A stretch of 64,000 nt of DNA from Candidatus Latescibacterota bacterium (GTDB lineage Bacteria; Latescibacterota; UBA2968; UBA8231). Positions 20,065-29,183 of this stretch are shown here, in pieces. The translations under genes and the position numbers were made by a program. Positions within the stretch are counted from its first letter, which is position 1. Each line of letters opens with the position of its first letter. Location: contig OZ241889.1 of assembly GCA_965203355.1 (NCBI GenBank), positions 1,088,001 to 1,152,000 of the forward strand. The letters run 5' to 3'. The notes beneath the pieces were generated by a model. It saw only the letters and a list, made by a program, of their open reading frames with translations. It did not search any database and was not told the origin of the DNA.

Positions 20065-21561
20065 ATGTCCGGCCGTCCCAACATCCTCTTCATAATGTCC
20101 GACCAGCTCATCGCCGCTCTGACCGGAGCCTACGGCCATCCAGTCGTCCAGACGCCGCATTTGAATCGCTTGGCCGCCGAAGGCGTCCGCTTTGATTCGG
20201 CCTACACTCCTTTCCCCTTGTGCGCCCCGGGCCGCGCCTGCATTACCAGCGGACGCCATGCTTCGGCGATCGGTGCTTGGGACAATGGGGCGCTCTTGGC
20301 TGCGGATGTGCCGTCGTACGCCCACTATCTCAGCAACGCAGGTTACGACACCGTGCTTTCGGGCAAGATGCACTTCGTCGGCCCCGATCAGGTACACGGC
20401 TTCCATCGCCGGCTGACGACTGATATCTATCCACCCGACTTCTCATGGGTCAAGGAAGAGTGGATCCGCATCAAGGAGACGAAGGGGAAAGACTACGAAG
20501 AGGTCATGGGCAATCGCTCCGCGTACAACGCCAGCGGCTACACTGGCCAAGCCGTGCGCGTCAACTGCTGGCACAACGCCCTCAGCTACGACGAAGAAAC
20601 GCAGTTCCGCGCTGTCGAATACCTGCGTGCCCAACGCGGCGATACCCCCTTCTTGCTCTGCGCTTCCTTCCACCACCCACACGAGCCGTTCCATCCGCCG
20701 CAGGCGCACTGGGACCGCTACGCAGATGCCGAGATCGCCATCCCCGAATTCCCGGCCCATCTCGATGAGACCTACTCGGCGATGGACTGCTGGCTCAACG
20801 CCTACCACGGCACTCGCCGTTTCAACCTGCGCGATCCCGAAAGCCTGCGCCGCTTGCGCCGTGCGTACTACGGCTTAGTGACGTATCTCGACGATAAGGT
20901 CGGCGGCTTGCTCGCAACTTTAGAGGAAACGGGCCTGCTCGACAATACGGTTGTGGTCTTTACCGCCGACCACGGCGACATGCTGTGCGAAAAGGAAATG
21001 GTGCAGAAGCGCTGTTTCTACGAGTGGTCGTGCCGCGTCCCGCTTATCGTCCGCTTCCCCGACCAATGGCAGGCCGGCACCGCTGTCGAGACGCCGACTT
21101 CGCTGCTCGACCTGTTGCCGACCTTTTGCGAGTTAGCTCGTGCCGAAGCGAGCTTACCCCACGATGGCACCAGCCTACTGCCGATCATTGAGGGGCACGG
21201 CACCGACCGCCCCATCTTTGCCCAAGCCCACGAAGCGGTGGGAGCACCCTGCATCATGGTCCGCGAGGGCCGGTTCAAATACAATTACATCCACGGCCAC
21301 CAGCCACAGCTTTTTGACTTAAAGAGCGATTCCGGCGAGTGGAACAACCTCGCTGGCGCAGCCGAGTACGCCGCAACGGAGACGCGCTTGCGCGAACTGA
21401 TCCTCGACCGCTTCGATCCCGATAAAATGGCCGCCGACAACCTCGACAGCCTCTATCGCCGCCGCCTAATCCGAGACGTGATGTACAAACACGACGCCTC
21501 GTGGAATTACCCGACAGCCTTCGATCCGAGACGCGGAGCACTCGACCAGTATCGTCGTTAG
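20065..21561 (+). CDS. sulfatase, choline-sulfatase-like
   Basis: RPNILFIMSDQ, CAPGR (CxPxR), SGKMHFVGPDQ, ADHGDML; AGGAG RBS. Confidence 0.9.
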   Translation: MSGRPNILFIMSDQLIAALTGAYGHPVVQTPHLNRLAAEGVRFDSAYTPFPLCAPGRACITSGRHASAIGAWDNGALLAADVPSYAHYLSNAGYDTVLSGKMHFVGPDQVHGFHRRLTTDIYPPDFSWVKEEWIRIKETKGKDYEEVMGNRSAYNASGYTGQAVRVNCWHNALSYDEETQFRAVEYLRAQRGDTPFLLCASFHHPHEPFHPPQAHWDRYADAEIAIPEFPAHLDETYSAMDCWLNAYHGTRRFNLRDPESLRRLRRAYYGLVTYLDDKVGGLLATLEETGLLDNTVVVFTADHGDMLCEKEMVQKRCFYEWSCRVPLIVRFPDQWQAGTAVETPTSLLDLLPTFCELARAEASLPHDGTSLLPIIEGHGTDRPIFAQAHEAVGAPCIMVREGRFKYNYIHGHQPQLFDLKSDSGEWNNLAGAAEYAATETRLRELILDRFDPDKMAADNLDSLYRRRLIRDVMYKHDASWNYPTAFDPRRGALDQYRR

Positions 21562-21851
21562 GGAGCTTGGTCGATGCGCTGCGAACCGCAGATTTTCAGA
21601 CGACAAGTGGCATATTGAGAATTATCGAGAATGAGGGAAATTTCGACGATGTACTCGCTTTTTTCGCAGAGAGAATGCTTCCGCTCGACGAGGTCCAACT
21701 CGACATATTGCGACGCATTTCACTCGTTGCTGTGGCACAACGGCTTGGCCGGCTGGGAGAACTAGAACAATTCATCCAGGTGGAAAAACCAAACATCGCA
21801 ACGGAACGACAAATGACCTTGCTCATAGAACCTAAAATAAACTACCAGTGA
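21562..21851 (+). pseudogene. 5'-truncated gene fragment preceding the putative REase
   Basis: open lower-GC frame of ~95 codons with no credible start, ending 7 nt before the next ATG. Confidence 0.4.
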
Positions 21852-21858
21852 GGAACCT

Positions 21859-22974
21859 ATGGCCTTTGAGTCAGTCGATGTACTGCAAAGAGCTTTGGCG
21901 GATACAGTCTTCGAGTATACTGCGGATCGAAAGAAGGCCGCAGGCCGTGCTTTGGGAACGCTCGTTGAGATCATTACATTTTATACCCTGCACATGTGGG
22001 ATCTTCGCGACCATATCGTTGTTGAGCGCTCAGTGCCTGAGTTCGCTAACCCTGACATATTGCACAATGTCGAGTTTTCGCTTCATCCTATTCAGGATCG
22101 GCACGAAGTCGAGATCTCACCGCTATCCCTTCCTATAACACCCGCAAGGATCAAGCACCATTTGTCCTTTCTAAAAGAAACGGCCGTCAGATCAACTCAG
22201 GTCCTCAGCAGAGATGCCGTGAAGCGCAACGCAACTGTCCTTGTAGAAAGCGAAAGGGGTCCAGTCATTGCGAATATTGATACATTGAATGATTCCAGTT
22301 GCAAACTCACCGTATGCCGACTCTCGACTGATCCGTTTGCGATCTTTGAATGCAAGCGCGTGGGAGTAGAGGAAGGGATGCGAAGAGGGCCACAGACGAT
22401 TGAAAAGGCAAAACAGGGTGCTTACGTTGCACGATCCGTCTCTTCTCTACAAAAAGTACGGCTTCGAGATGGACGGTTTCAGGGAGTCATTGAACAACCC
22501 GACGGTAGCTTTCGAACCGGTCTCTACGACGAATTACTCAAGGAGGTCATCGACTCGTCATCGATTGTCGAACTTATTGGATTCATACTCACTGTTGGTG
22601 TCGTCAGCAACCATGGTAACTGGTTTACTTCTGACAACCACAACAAAGAACTTCGCGTACTGGCTCAATCGTATGACTGGCTTTTGTTCCTTACAGACGC
22701 TGGATTGTCTCAGTTCATTGACAGGCTGCTGCTTAATCCCACGTCAGAACTGGCGTCTGCTCGGGAGGCGTTCTTGGCGAGCTATCCTAGTGGCTCTGGG
22801 ATGAACAGATTCACTAAGGTCCGCATGGCCGTTGATGCAGACGAAGTGCTCCGAAACTACTTCACGGCGCACGAGGCCGAAGTTAAGACGTGGTTTAATA
22901 TCATCTCTCCCCGTGACGGTACGATTGAGAATCTACAGGCTGATCTGAGGAAACTCGCCGCCAAAGATTGGTAG
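21859..22974 (+). CDS. putative type II restriction endonuclease (PD-(D/E)xK-like)
   Basis: TDP..IFECKRVG motif, lower GC, directly upstream of an adenine MTase. Confidence 0.55.
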   Translation: MAFESVDVLQRALADTVFEYTADRKKAAGRALGTLVEIITFYTLHMWDLRDHIVVERSVPEFANPDILHNVEFSLHPIQDRHEVEISPLSLPITPARIKHHLSFLKETAVRSTQVLSRDAVKRNATVLVESERGPVIANIDTLNDSSCKLTVCRLSTDPFAIFECKRVGVEEGMRRGPQTIEKAKQGAYVARSVSSLQKVRLRDGRFQGVIEQPDGSFRTGLYDELLKEVIDSSSIVELIGFILTVGVVSNHGNWFTSDNHNKELRVLAQSYDWLLFLTDAGLSQFIDRLLLNPTSELASAREAFLASYPSGSGMNRFTKVRMAVDADEVLRNYFTAHEAEVKTWFNIISPRDGTIENLQADLRKLAAKDW

Positions 22975-22985
22975 GACAACTAGAC

Positions 22986-23582
22986 ATGACTGCCGGGCGC
23001 AACAATACCGAAGTGCTAAGCCAACATTGGTGTACTCCGCCAAAGTACGTCAGCGCGATACGAGAGTTTTTCGCCGAATCAGTCGCGCTAGACCCATGCT
23101 CCAATCGCCATTCTATCGTGCGGGCGACTGTAGAGTACGCGCTGCCTGAGATTGACGGATTAGCAGCGTCGTGGAATTACCCCACCATCTTCGTCAACCC
23201 GCCATACGGCAGAGACCGAGAGAGAGGCACCACGATTCGAGATTGGCTGCGAAAATGCACCGAGGCTCATGTACAACATGGTGTTGAAGTACTCGCTCTT
23301 GTACCTGTCGCTACCAATACTCGCCACTGGAAACAATACGTGTTTGGCACGGCTACTGCGGTCGCATTTCTCTACGACACGAGGCTGCGCTTTCTCGTAA
23401 ACGGGAAGGACGGCGGCAAGGGAGCTCCGATGTCCTGCGCGATGGTCTATTGGGGCCCGCAGCACGCGCGTTTTGAAAAGATCTTCATCCGCTTTGGGGC
23501 CGTTGTCGACGTGCGGCACCTACACGGAAAGCTCGTCGGCACAGGCGAGCATTTGGATCTGTTTGCAGGAGCGGAGTGCTAA
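22986..23582 (+). CDS. DNA N6-adenine methyltransferase (phage Dam-like)
   Basis: WCTPP, LDPCS, DGL..W, FVNPPYG, LVPVATNT, RLRF. Confidence 0.88.
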   Translation: MTAGRNNTEVLSQHWCTPPKYVSAIREFFAESVALDPCSNRHSIVRATVEYALPEIDGLAASWNYPTIFVNPPYGRDRERGTTIRDWLRKCTEAHVQHGVEVLALVPVATNTRHWKQYVFGTATAVAFLYDTRLRFLVNGKDGGKGAPMSCAMVYWGPQHARFEKIFIRFGAVVDVRHLHGKLVGTGEHLDLFAGAEC

Positions 23583-24607
23583 CGCGATCGGCTCAATCCC
23601 GGTAGCTGCGTTGGCTCGGCGAGCGGGATCACGGGATTTTCCAAGACCCCGATCCCGCCGGAAAACTCCAACTGCATTACGTCTCCTGCTACCAATCCCG
23701 TCGCCAAATCCGCCTCGGCAAAGACGATAGGCGTCCCCCAGTAAAACGCGAGCAGGGTGCGCGGTGCTAGGGGCAGCCGCCTAAAAAGGTGGTGCTCTAA
23801 GTGCAGGAGCCGCCCGGGCATGTTCAGGTTGTTCTGGCCGGTCGCGCCCTTTTTGTAGGCTATGGATTGTCCGTCGCGCAAGATGCGGCACGAGACTTCG
23901 ACCTCGGCGTCGTCGTACTGGTCGGTCATAACCAACACCGGCCCTAGAGAAGCACACCCACCGGCCCAGTTTTTGGCTTGGGGCAAGTTGAGGGGATTGG
24001 CGGCCTCAATGCCGTTGTCGGTGGCGTCGTTGCCGCCGGTGTAGCCCAGCCGCTCTAAGCGACCTTGGCGCGTCAGGCCATAGACCGATACCAACTCGGT
24101 CTCAGGCACTAAGCGCTGGGTGTCGGCGGGGCGGGTGATGGGCTGGCCGTGCCCGACGACCGCGTCCGGCTCGCCCTTGGTGAACAGCTCGGGGCGCCCA
24201 CCGCCGGACACTTCGCGGTATTTCTGGTCGTACACATTGATGGCCTCGCCAGTGGCCTGCTGTGCTTCGATCTCGCGCAACTTGGCGCTGACCTCGTGGG
24301 TGACGCCGGCTAGCCACACGCGCAGGGCGTGGGGATGGCCGGGTGGACCGCTAACGGGCTTGGTGAGGTACGGGTCGTGGGTGCTGCGGTTGGCCAACAA
24401 CTCGGCTAGCGACAAGCGGCGCACCGCTTGTTTTTGCAGATTCTGAGCGGCGGCCACCAACCCGATTTCGTCGCCGCCGCCGTCGTAGTAGAGTTGATGT
24501 ACCGTGCGCGGCCCGTGGGCTGCATCGGTCAGGTCTAAGACCTCGTCTCCGACGACCAGGCCCAAGCGCATGCCGTCGCCCGGCTCGATAAATTGCACTA
24601 GTTTCAC
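23579..24607 (-). CDS. fumarylacetoacetate hydrolase family protein
   Basis: VWLAGVT, RPELFTKG, PETEL, GYTGGND, NPLNLPQAK; GTG start with AGGAG. Confidence 0.8.
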   Translation of the reverse strand: MKLVQFIEPGDGMRLGLVVGDEVLDLTDAAHGPRTVHQLYYDGGGDEIGLVAAAQNLQKQAVRRLSLAELLANRSTHDPYLTKPVSGPPGHPHALRVWLAGVTHEVSAKLREIEAQQATGEAINVYDQKYREVSGGGRPELFTKGEPDAVVGHGQPITRPADTQRLVPETELVSVYGLTRQGRLERLGYTGGNDATDNGIEAANPLNLPQAKNWAGGCASLGPVLVMTDQYDDAEVEVSCRILRDGQSIAYKKGATGQNNLNMPGRLLHLEHHLFRRLPLAPRTLLAFYWGTPIVFAEADLATGLVAGDVMQLEFSGGIGVLENPVIPLAEPTQLPGLSRSR

Positions 24608-24629
24608 GTGTATTGCTCCTTGTAAGCGT

Positions 24630-25457
24630 TTAGGAAATAAAGAGCGGCGCATCGGACTGAGGCGCGATGCCGGCTCGCTCGGCTCGCTCGATTAGGTCCA
24701 ATATGGCGGCCTCGCCGTCGCGCCCGTAGTCGAGCGTGTGCTGGTTGACGTACAGATCGATGTGCGCCTGTATGACGCGGTCGTCCATTTCTTGGGCGTG
24801 CTGGCGGATGTAGCCCCGCACGGCGTCTGGGTGGGCATAAGCGTACTCCACGCTCTGCACGAGCGCGCGGTCGAGCTGGGCGATGAGTTTGGCGCCGAGG
24901 CTGCGCCGTGCGAGGATGCCGCCGAGGGGGATCGGATGCCCAGTGCTTTCCTCCCACCACTGGCCTAGGTCGATGATCGCTGCGAGTCCGCGTTGGGCAT
25001 AGGTGAAGCGGCTCTCGTGGATGATGACGCCCGCGTCGACTACACCTTGCGCGGTCGCGTCCACAATCTGGTCGAAAGGCATGACCGCGAGCTGCTCAAT
25101 GCTGGGGTCAAAAAGCCTCAGCAAGAGGGCGGCGGTGGTCAGACGCCCGGGAATGGCGATTCGCTTGTGCGCGAGATCTTCCCGCGCCAGCTTTTCCCGC
25201 GCTACCAATAGCGGCCCACATCCCCGCCCCAAGGCACCGCCCGAGTGCAGAAGACAGTACTCATCCCGCAAGTGCGCCAGTGCGTGGAAGGATATTTTGG
25301 TCGCGTCGAGTTGCCCTTTCAGGGCCATCTCATTGAGCGTTTCAATGTCCGCTAGCACCTCCTCGCATACGGGCGCGGCGGCGATGTGCCCGTGGACCAA
25401 ACCGCAAAAGACAAACGTATCGTTGGGGCAGGGCGAATAGCCCAAGGTCACGCGCAT
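24630..25457 (-). CDS. mqnD: 1,4-dihydroxy-6-naphthoate synthase
   Basis: LGYSPCPNDTF, GGALGRGCGP, IIHESRFTY, HIDLYVN. Confidence 0.93.
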   Translation of the reverse strand: MRVTLGYSPCPNDTFVFCGLVHGHIAAAPVCEEVLADIETLNEMALKGQLDATKISFHALAHLRDEYCLLHSGGALGRGCGPLLVAREKLAREDLAHKRIAIPGRLTTAALLLRLFDPSIEQLAVMPFDQIVDATAQGVVDAGVIIHESRFTYAQRGLAAIIDLGQWWEESTGHPIPLGGILARRSLGAKLIAQLDRALVQSVEYAYAHPDAVRGYIRQHAQEMDDRVIQAHIDLYVNQHTLDYGRDGEAAILDLIERAERAGIAPQSDAPLFIS

Positions 25458-26170
25458 AACCCCTCCTCCAAGAGCTGCTGGGCCGCGGCTTGCGCCCTGG
25501 CCGCGGCTCTTGGCAAATCCCATTGCCCGCGCGTCCGCTGCTCGACGATGTTGCTCATGGCGCGCAATTCGGCAAAAGGCACTTCGTACAGGGCGCATAG
25601 GTGCGCGGCGGCCGCACCTTCCATGTTTTCGCACAAGGCTCCAAAGCGTCGCCCCCGTTCCACCCCCAATTCGTCCGTGCCCGTGCATTCCTGCACGGTG
25701 ACGAACGGGCCAATGTGGGCTTCCGGTAAAGCCGCGGCTACTCGCTGCACCCACTGCTCGTCGATGGGAAAGCAATTGTAGTAAGAACGCCTTTTCTCCA
25801 GCACTGGAATGCCGATCCGCTCGGCGCCCTGCCAGCCGTCTGGCGTCCGCACCCCCAAGTCTCCGTAGTGTTCTTCGCTGGCCACGGCCAAGTCCCCGAC
25901 GCTCGCGCCGCTCTCTGGATACGCCCCACCTACGCCGATTTGCACAACCCGCTGCGGCCGCTGCACCTGCAAGTAGCAAGTGAGTGCGTGCGCCGTGTTC
26001 ACCGCGCCGATCCCGGTCGCCACCAAGGTCACCGGCTGCGCGCCAATTTTCCCGCTCACCCAGGCGCGCTCGGCCACGTTGCGCTGTACGCGCTCGGCCA
26101 CGGCCTCCCTTAGAGCAAGCTGCTCAAAGGGCGTCGCGCTCAGCACGAGTATGTCTTCCGTGGCCGTCAT
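25448..26170 (-). CDS. mqnB: futalosine hydrolase
   Basis: PNP/MTAN fold: TGIGAVNTA, GVGGAY, TVQECTGT, ENMEGAAAA, ELRAMSN; overlaps mqnD. Confidence 0.9.
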   Translation of the reverse strand: MTATEDILVLSATPFEQLALREAVAERVQRNVAERAWVSGKIGAQPVTLVATGIGAVNTAHALTCYLQVQRPQRVVQIGVGGAYPESGASVGDLAVASEEHYGDLGVRTPDGWQGAERIGIPVLEKRRSYYNCFPIDEQWVQRVAAALPEAHIGPFVTVQECTGTDELGVERGRRFGALCENMEGAAAAHLCALYEVPFAELRAMSNIVEQRTRGQWDLPRAAARAQAAAQQLLEEGLCA

Positions 26171-26272
26171 CGGGCACTCCTATTAAAATGCCGAATAATA
26201 TACGGTTGACTACACGGAGGGCCAGCCGTACACTCCGGCTAGTCCGCTTTCCCCAAATCCCCGAATCGCCTT

Positions 26273-27445
26273 ATGCACATCTGCCACATCCGCGTGTACT
26301 CGGTCGCCGTCCCCCGCGTGTACCAAACCCGCGTAGCCCCCACGGGCGGTCACAGCAAGAATGCCTCGCGCTACTACCTGCTAGAGCTTGAGACGAATAC
26401 CGGCCTGCGCGGCCTCGGCGAAATCTCGGATCTAGAAGATGCGTGGCAAGTGCCGTCGCCGGAGACCTTGTGCGAGACTCTGACGCCCCTGCTCGCCGGT
26501 GCCGATCCGCGCAAACGCCTCCTCGCTTGGGAGCGCGTCGCCGAGGCGTTGCCCGCCAGCGATCACCCGGAATTTCGCCGACTCGTCAGTGCGGCCGTGG
26601 AAATGGCTCTGATCGATCTCGCGGGCCGGTACTACAACGCTCCGGCGTACGCGCTTTTAGGTGGCCAGTACCGGGACGCGCTCCCCATCTCTTGGGTCGC
26701 GTACATCCGCAGTGTGGACGAGCTGGCAGAGGAAATTCAGGAAAAGGTTGCCGCGGGCTTTGCGGCCTTTAAGCTCAAGGTGGGAGCCGACTTTGAGCTC
26801 GACTGCGAGCGCGTCCGCGTCTGCCGCCGGATCGTCGGCCCGGCTGCGTATCTCAAGGCCGATGCTTCGGGTGCGTGGGAAGAAGAAGAGGCCATTGAGC
26901 GAATCCGCGAGTTGGCCGCGCTGGGTGTGGATGCGGTTGAGACGCCGATCCAATGCGTCGCCCGCGAAGTGGCCAAGAACCGTCCCGAACAGGTCAACGC
27001 CGACCCGGACTCGGCCGCCTTGGCTTTGGCGAGAGTGCGCGCGGCCGTGCCTGCCGCTCTCATCGAACACGTCGCCGACTTTGCCGACTCGTTTGCCCTG
27101 GCCCTCTTGCACCACCGGGCCGTGGATGCCTTCAACGTCGCGCCCGTTCAGGCCGGTAGCTTGCACCGCGCCCAGCGGCTGACTCAGCTCGCGGCGGCCG
27201 CTGGTGTACCCGCCTTGCTCGGCAGCACGGTCGAGCTCGGCATTGGCACGGCCGCGGCCGTGCATCTCGGCGTGGCCACCAAAGCCGTCTGCTCACCCTC
27301 GGATCTGGTCGGTCCGGGCCTGCTGGCTCGCGATGTGGTCGCGCCGCGCTTGACCTATCAGCAGGGCTGCCTGCACGCTCCGACCGGGCCGGGGTTGGGC
27401 GTCGCGCTGATCTCCGAACGGATGGACCAGAAAGGAACTTCATGA
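26273..27445 (+). CDS. mandelate racemase/muconate lactonizing enzyme family (enolase superfamily)
   Basis: GLRGLGE, FKLKVG, KADAS, VETP, PTGPGLGV. Confidence 0.85.
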   Translation: MHICHIRVYSVAVPRVYQTRVAPTGGHSKNASRYYLLELETNTGLRGLGEISDLEDAWQVPSPETLCETLTPLLAGADPRKRLLAWERVAEALPASDHPEFRRLVSAAVEMALIDLAGRYYNAPAYALLGGQYRDALPISWVAYIRSVDELAEEIQEKVAAGFAAFKLKVGADFELDCERVRVCRRIVGPAAYLKADASGAWEEEEAIERIRELAALGVDAVETPIQCVAREVAKNRPEQVNADPDSAALALARVRAAVPAALIEHVADFADSFALALLHHRAVDAFNVAPVQAGSLHRAQRLTQLAAAAGVPALLGSTVELGIGTAAAVHLGVATKAVCSPSDLVGPGLLARDVVAPRLTYQQGCLHAPTGPGLGVALISERMDQKGTS

Positions 27446-28479
27446 GCCAACGCCTCTCCTATGCCAGCACTGGCGTCAATATAGACCAAACCGATGCGGC
27501 CAAGCGCGCCATGGCCGCGAGCATGGAAACCGCAGACCCGCGCGTGCTCAACCGGATTGGCGCATTTGCCACCCTGCTCGACGCCCGTTTCCCCGGCTAC
27601 GCTCATCCGGTGCTGGTCCACAAGAGCGAGGAGCCTGGATCTAAGCAAAAGTTGGCTTTTGCCCACGGCCACCATCGCCGGGTGTGCTACGACATGGTCC
27701 ATCACCTCATCGACGACATCATCGTCATGGGGGCCGAGCCGATTTCGATTCAGGACGTCATCGTCTGCGGCACGATGGATGGAGCCATCGTCAACGACCT
27801 CGTCGAAGCCTTGGCAGACGCCTGTCGCCAACAGGGCTGCACTCTGACCGGCGGCGAGACCTCGGTACAGCCTGGCGTGGTCCCCGACGACCTCTACGTG
27901 TTGACCGCCAGCGTCATCGGCGTGGTCGATAAGGACAACATCCTCGACGGTCGCGCTATCGAGGCGGGCGACCAAGTTGTGGCCCTCGCTTCCAATGGCT
28001 TGCACACCAATGGCTACACACTGGTTCGCGCACTCTTAGACCGACAGCCCCGTCTGCTCACCGCAGACGTGGCCGGTGAATCCTTCCTCGATGCGGTGCT
28101 CAAACCTCACACTTGTTACTTGCAGGCTGTGCGCGGCCTTTTCACCAACCTCGGCCTCCACGGCATGGCGCACATTACCGGCGGTGGCCTCCGCGACAAC
28201 CTCAGCCGCATCTTGCCGCCGGGCCTCGACGCTCAGCTCGACTTAGCAGCCATACGGATTCCGCCGATTTTCCGCACCTTGCGCGCCGCCGGTGACCTAG
28301 CGGTGGAGGATATGCTGCGGACGTTTAACATGGGGGTGGGAATGGTGCTGGTGGTCGCGCCCGAAGCCGTAGAACAAGTGCTGGCCCACTTAGCGGCTCA
28401 AGGCTGTCGGGCCTATCGGCTTGGGGAAATCGCCGCTGGCGAGCAAGCGGTTGCATTGCAAGGGTCGCTCGCTTGGTAA
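27442..28479 (+). CDS. purM: phosphoribosylformylglycinamidine cyclo-ligase (AIR synthase)
   Basis: YASTGVNID, GGETS, ASNGLHTNGY, AHITGGG, RTFNMGVGM. Confidence 0.92.
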   Translation: MSQRLSYASTGVNIDQTDAAKRAMAASMETADPRVLNRIGAFATLLDARFPGYAHPVLVHKSEEPGSKQKLAFAHGHHRRVCYDMVHHLIDDIIVMGAEPISIQDVIVCGTMDGAIVNDLVEALADACRQQGCTLTGGETSVQPGVVPDDLYVLTASVIGVVDKDNILDGRAIEAGDQVVALASNGLHTNGYTLVRALLDRQPRLLTADVAGESFLDAVLKPHTCYLQAVRGLFTNLGLHGMAHITGGGLRDNLSRILPPGLDAQLDLAAIRIPPIFRTLRAAGDLAVEDMLRTFNMGVGMVLVVAPEAVEQVLAHLAAQGCRAYRLGEIAAGEQAVALQGSLAW

Positions 28480-28553
28480 GCGATCATAACGACCGTTGGT
28501 AATACGGTGATTCCCGGTAATGGTACAGGTACTTTTGCAATCTCCAATTGTCG

Positions 28554-28593
28554 CAACGGGAGTAAAGCTAAACTTCAAAACGTATCGCTACCT
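28554..28593 (+). repeat. 40-bp direct repeat, left copy
   Basis: CAACGGGAGTAAAGCTAAACTTCAAAACGTATCGCTACCT; 34/40 identical to 33797-33836. Confidence 0.85.
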
Positions 28594-28597
28594 ACAT

Positions 28598-28627
28598 TTG
28601 ACAAGCCTTTACTGAATTCATTAGGAT
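28598..28627 (+). promoter_or_regulatory. sigma70-type promoter of surface-protein locus 1
   Basis: TTGACA-N18-TAGGAT; conserved as TTGACA-N18-TAAAAT at 63166-63137 (-). Confidence 0.75.
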
Positions 28628-29183
28628 ATGAGCTTACAATTCACAGCGGGGGGATATAACCCCCGCCGTTTGCGGCACTTTTAGGCGGATTAACTGGGCA
28701 TGGGCACAGCGTCAATATCACAAAGAACGCCATCGCTGGGAGCGGTGCCTTGTTCTATGCTTGCGACAACGCCGAGTTTTTATTTCTGTAAGTCGTTAAA
28801 AAACAATGATTTACCCCCCCCCCCCCCGATTTTCTTGGGCATTAAGCCCTAGCTTCACTCACCAACCTATTCGCCTCGCTCCCCTTCCTCTACGGAAGCG
28901 GGAAGCGGCCTTGCTATGCTCGGCCGCGTCGGTAAGCCCCACCGGCCAGTGGTCAGTGGTCAGTGGTCAGTGGTCAGTGGTCAGTGGTCACCCATCCACA
29001 TCACAAACGCAACCTCTCCTCGGTAGCTTCGCGGTTATCGGCGGGCGACGTCGTAGCCCTAGCTCTCGCCGCGAGGGATTCGTCTTTTTTAACGTTAGCA
29101 AAAACGCAAGAACGCAGCGGCTTAGTGATAGGGCTAAGTCCATTTTCTTCTGTCACTTTTCCCTTTTCTAAAGGAGTGAGATC
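28628..29183 (+). promoter_or_regulatory. long 5' leader duplicated at 62566-63136 (palindrome, C14 tract, 6x CAGTGGT, uORF 28806-29171)
   Basis: direct alignment to the reverse complement of the locus 2 upstream region. Confidence 0.75.
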
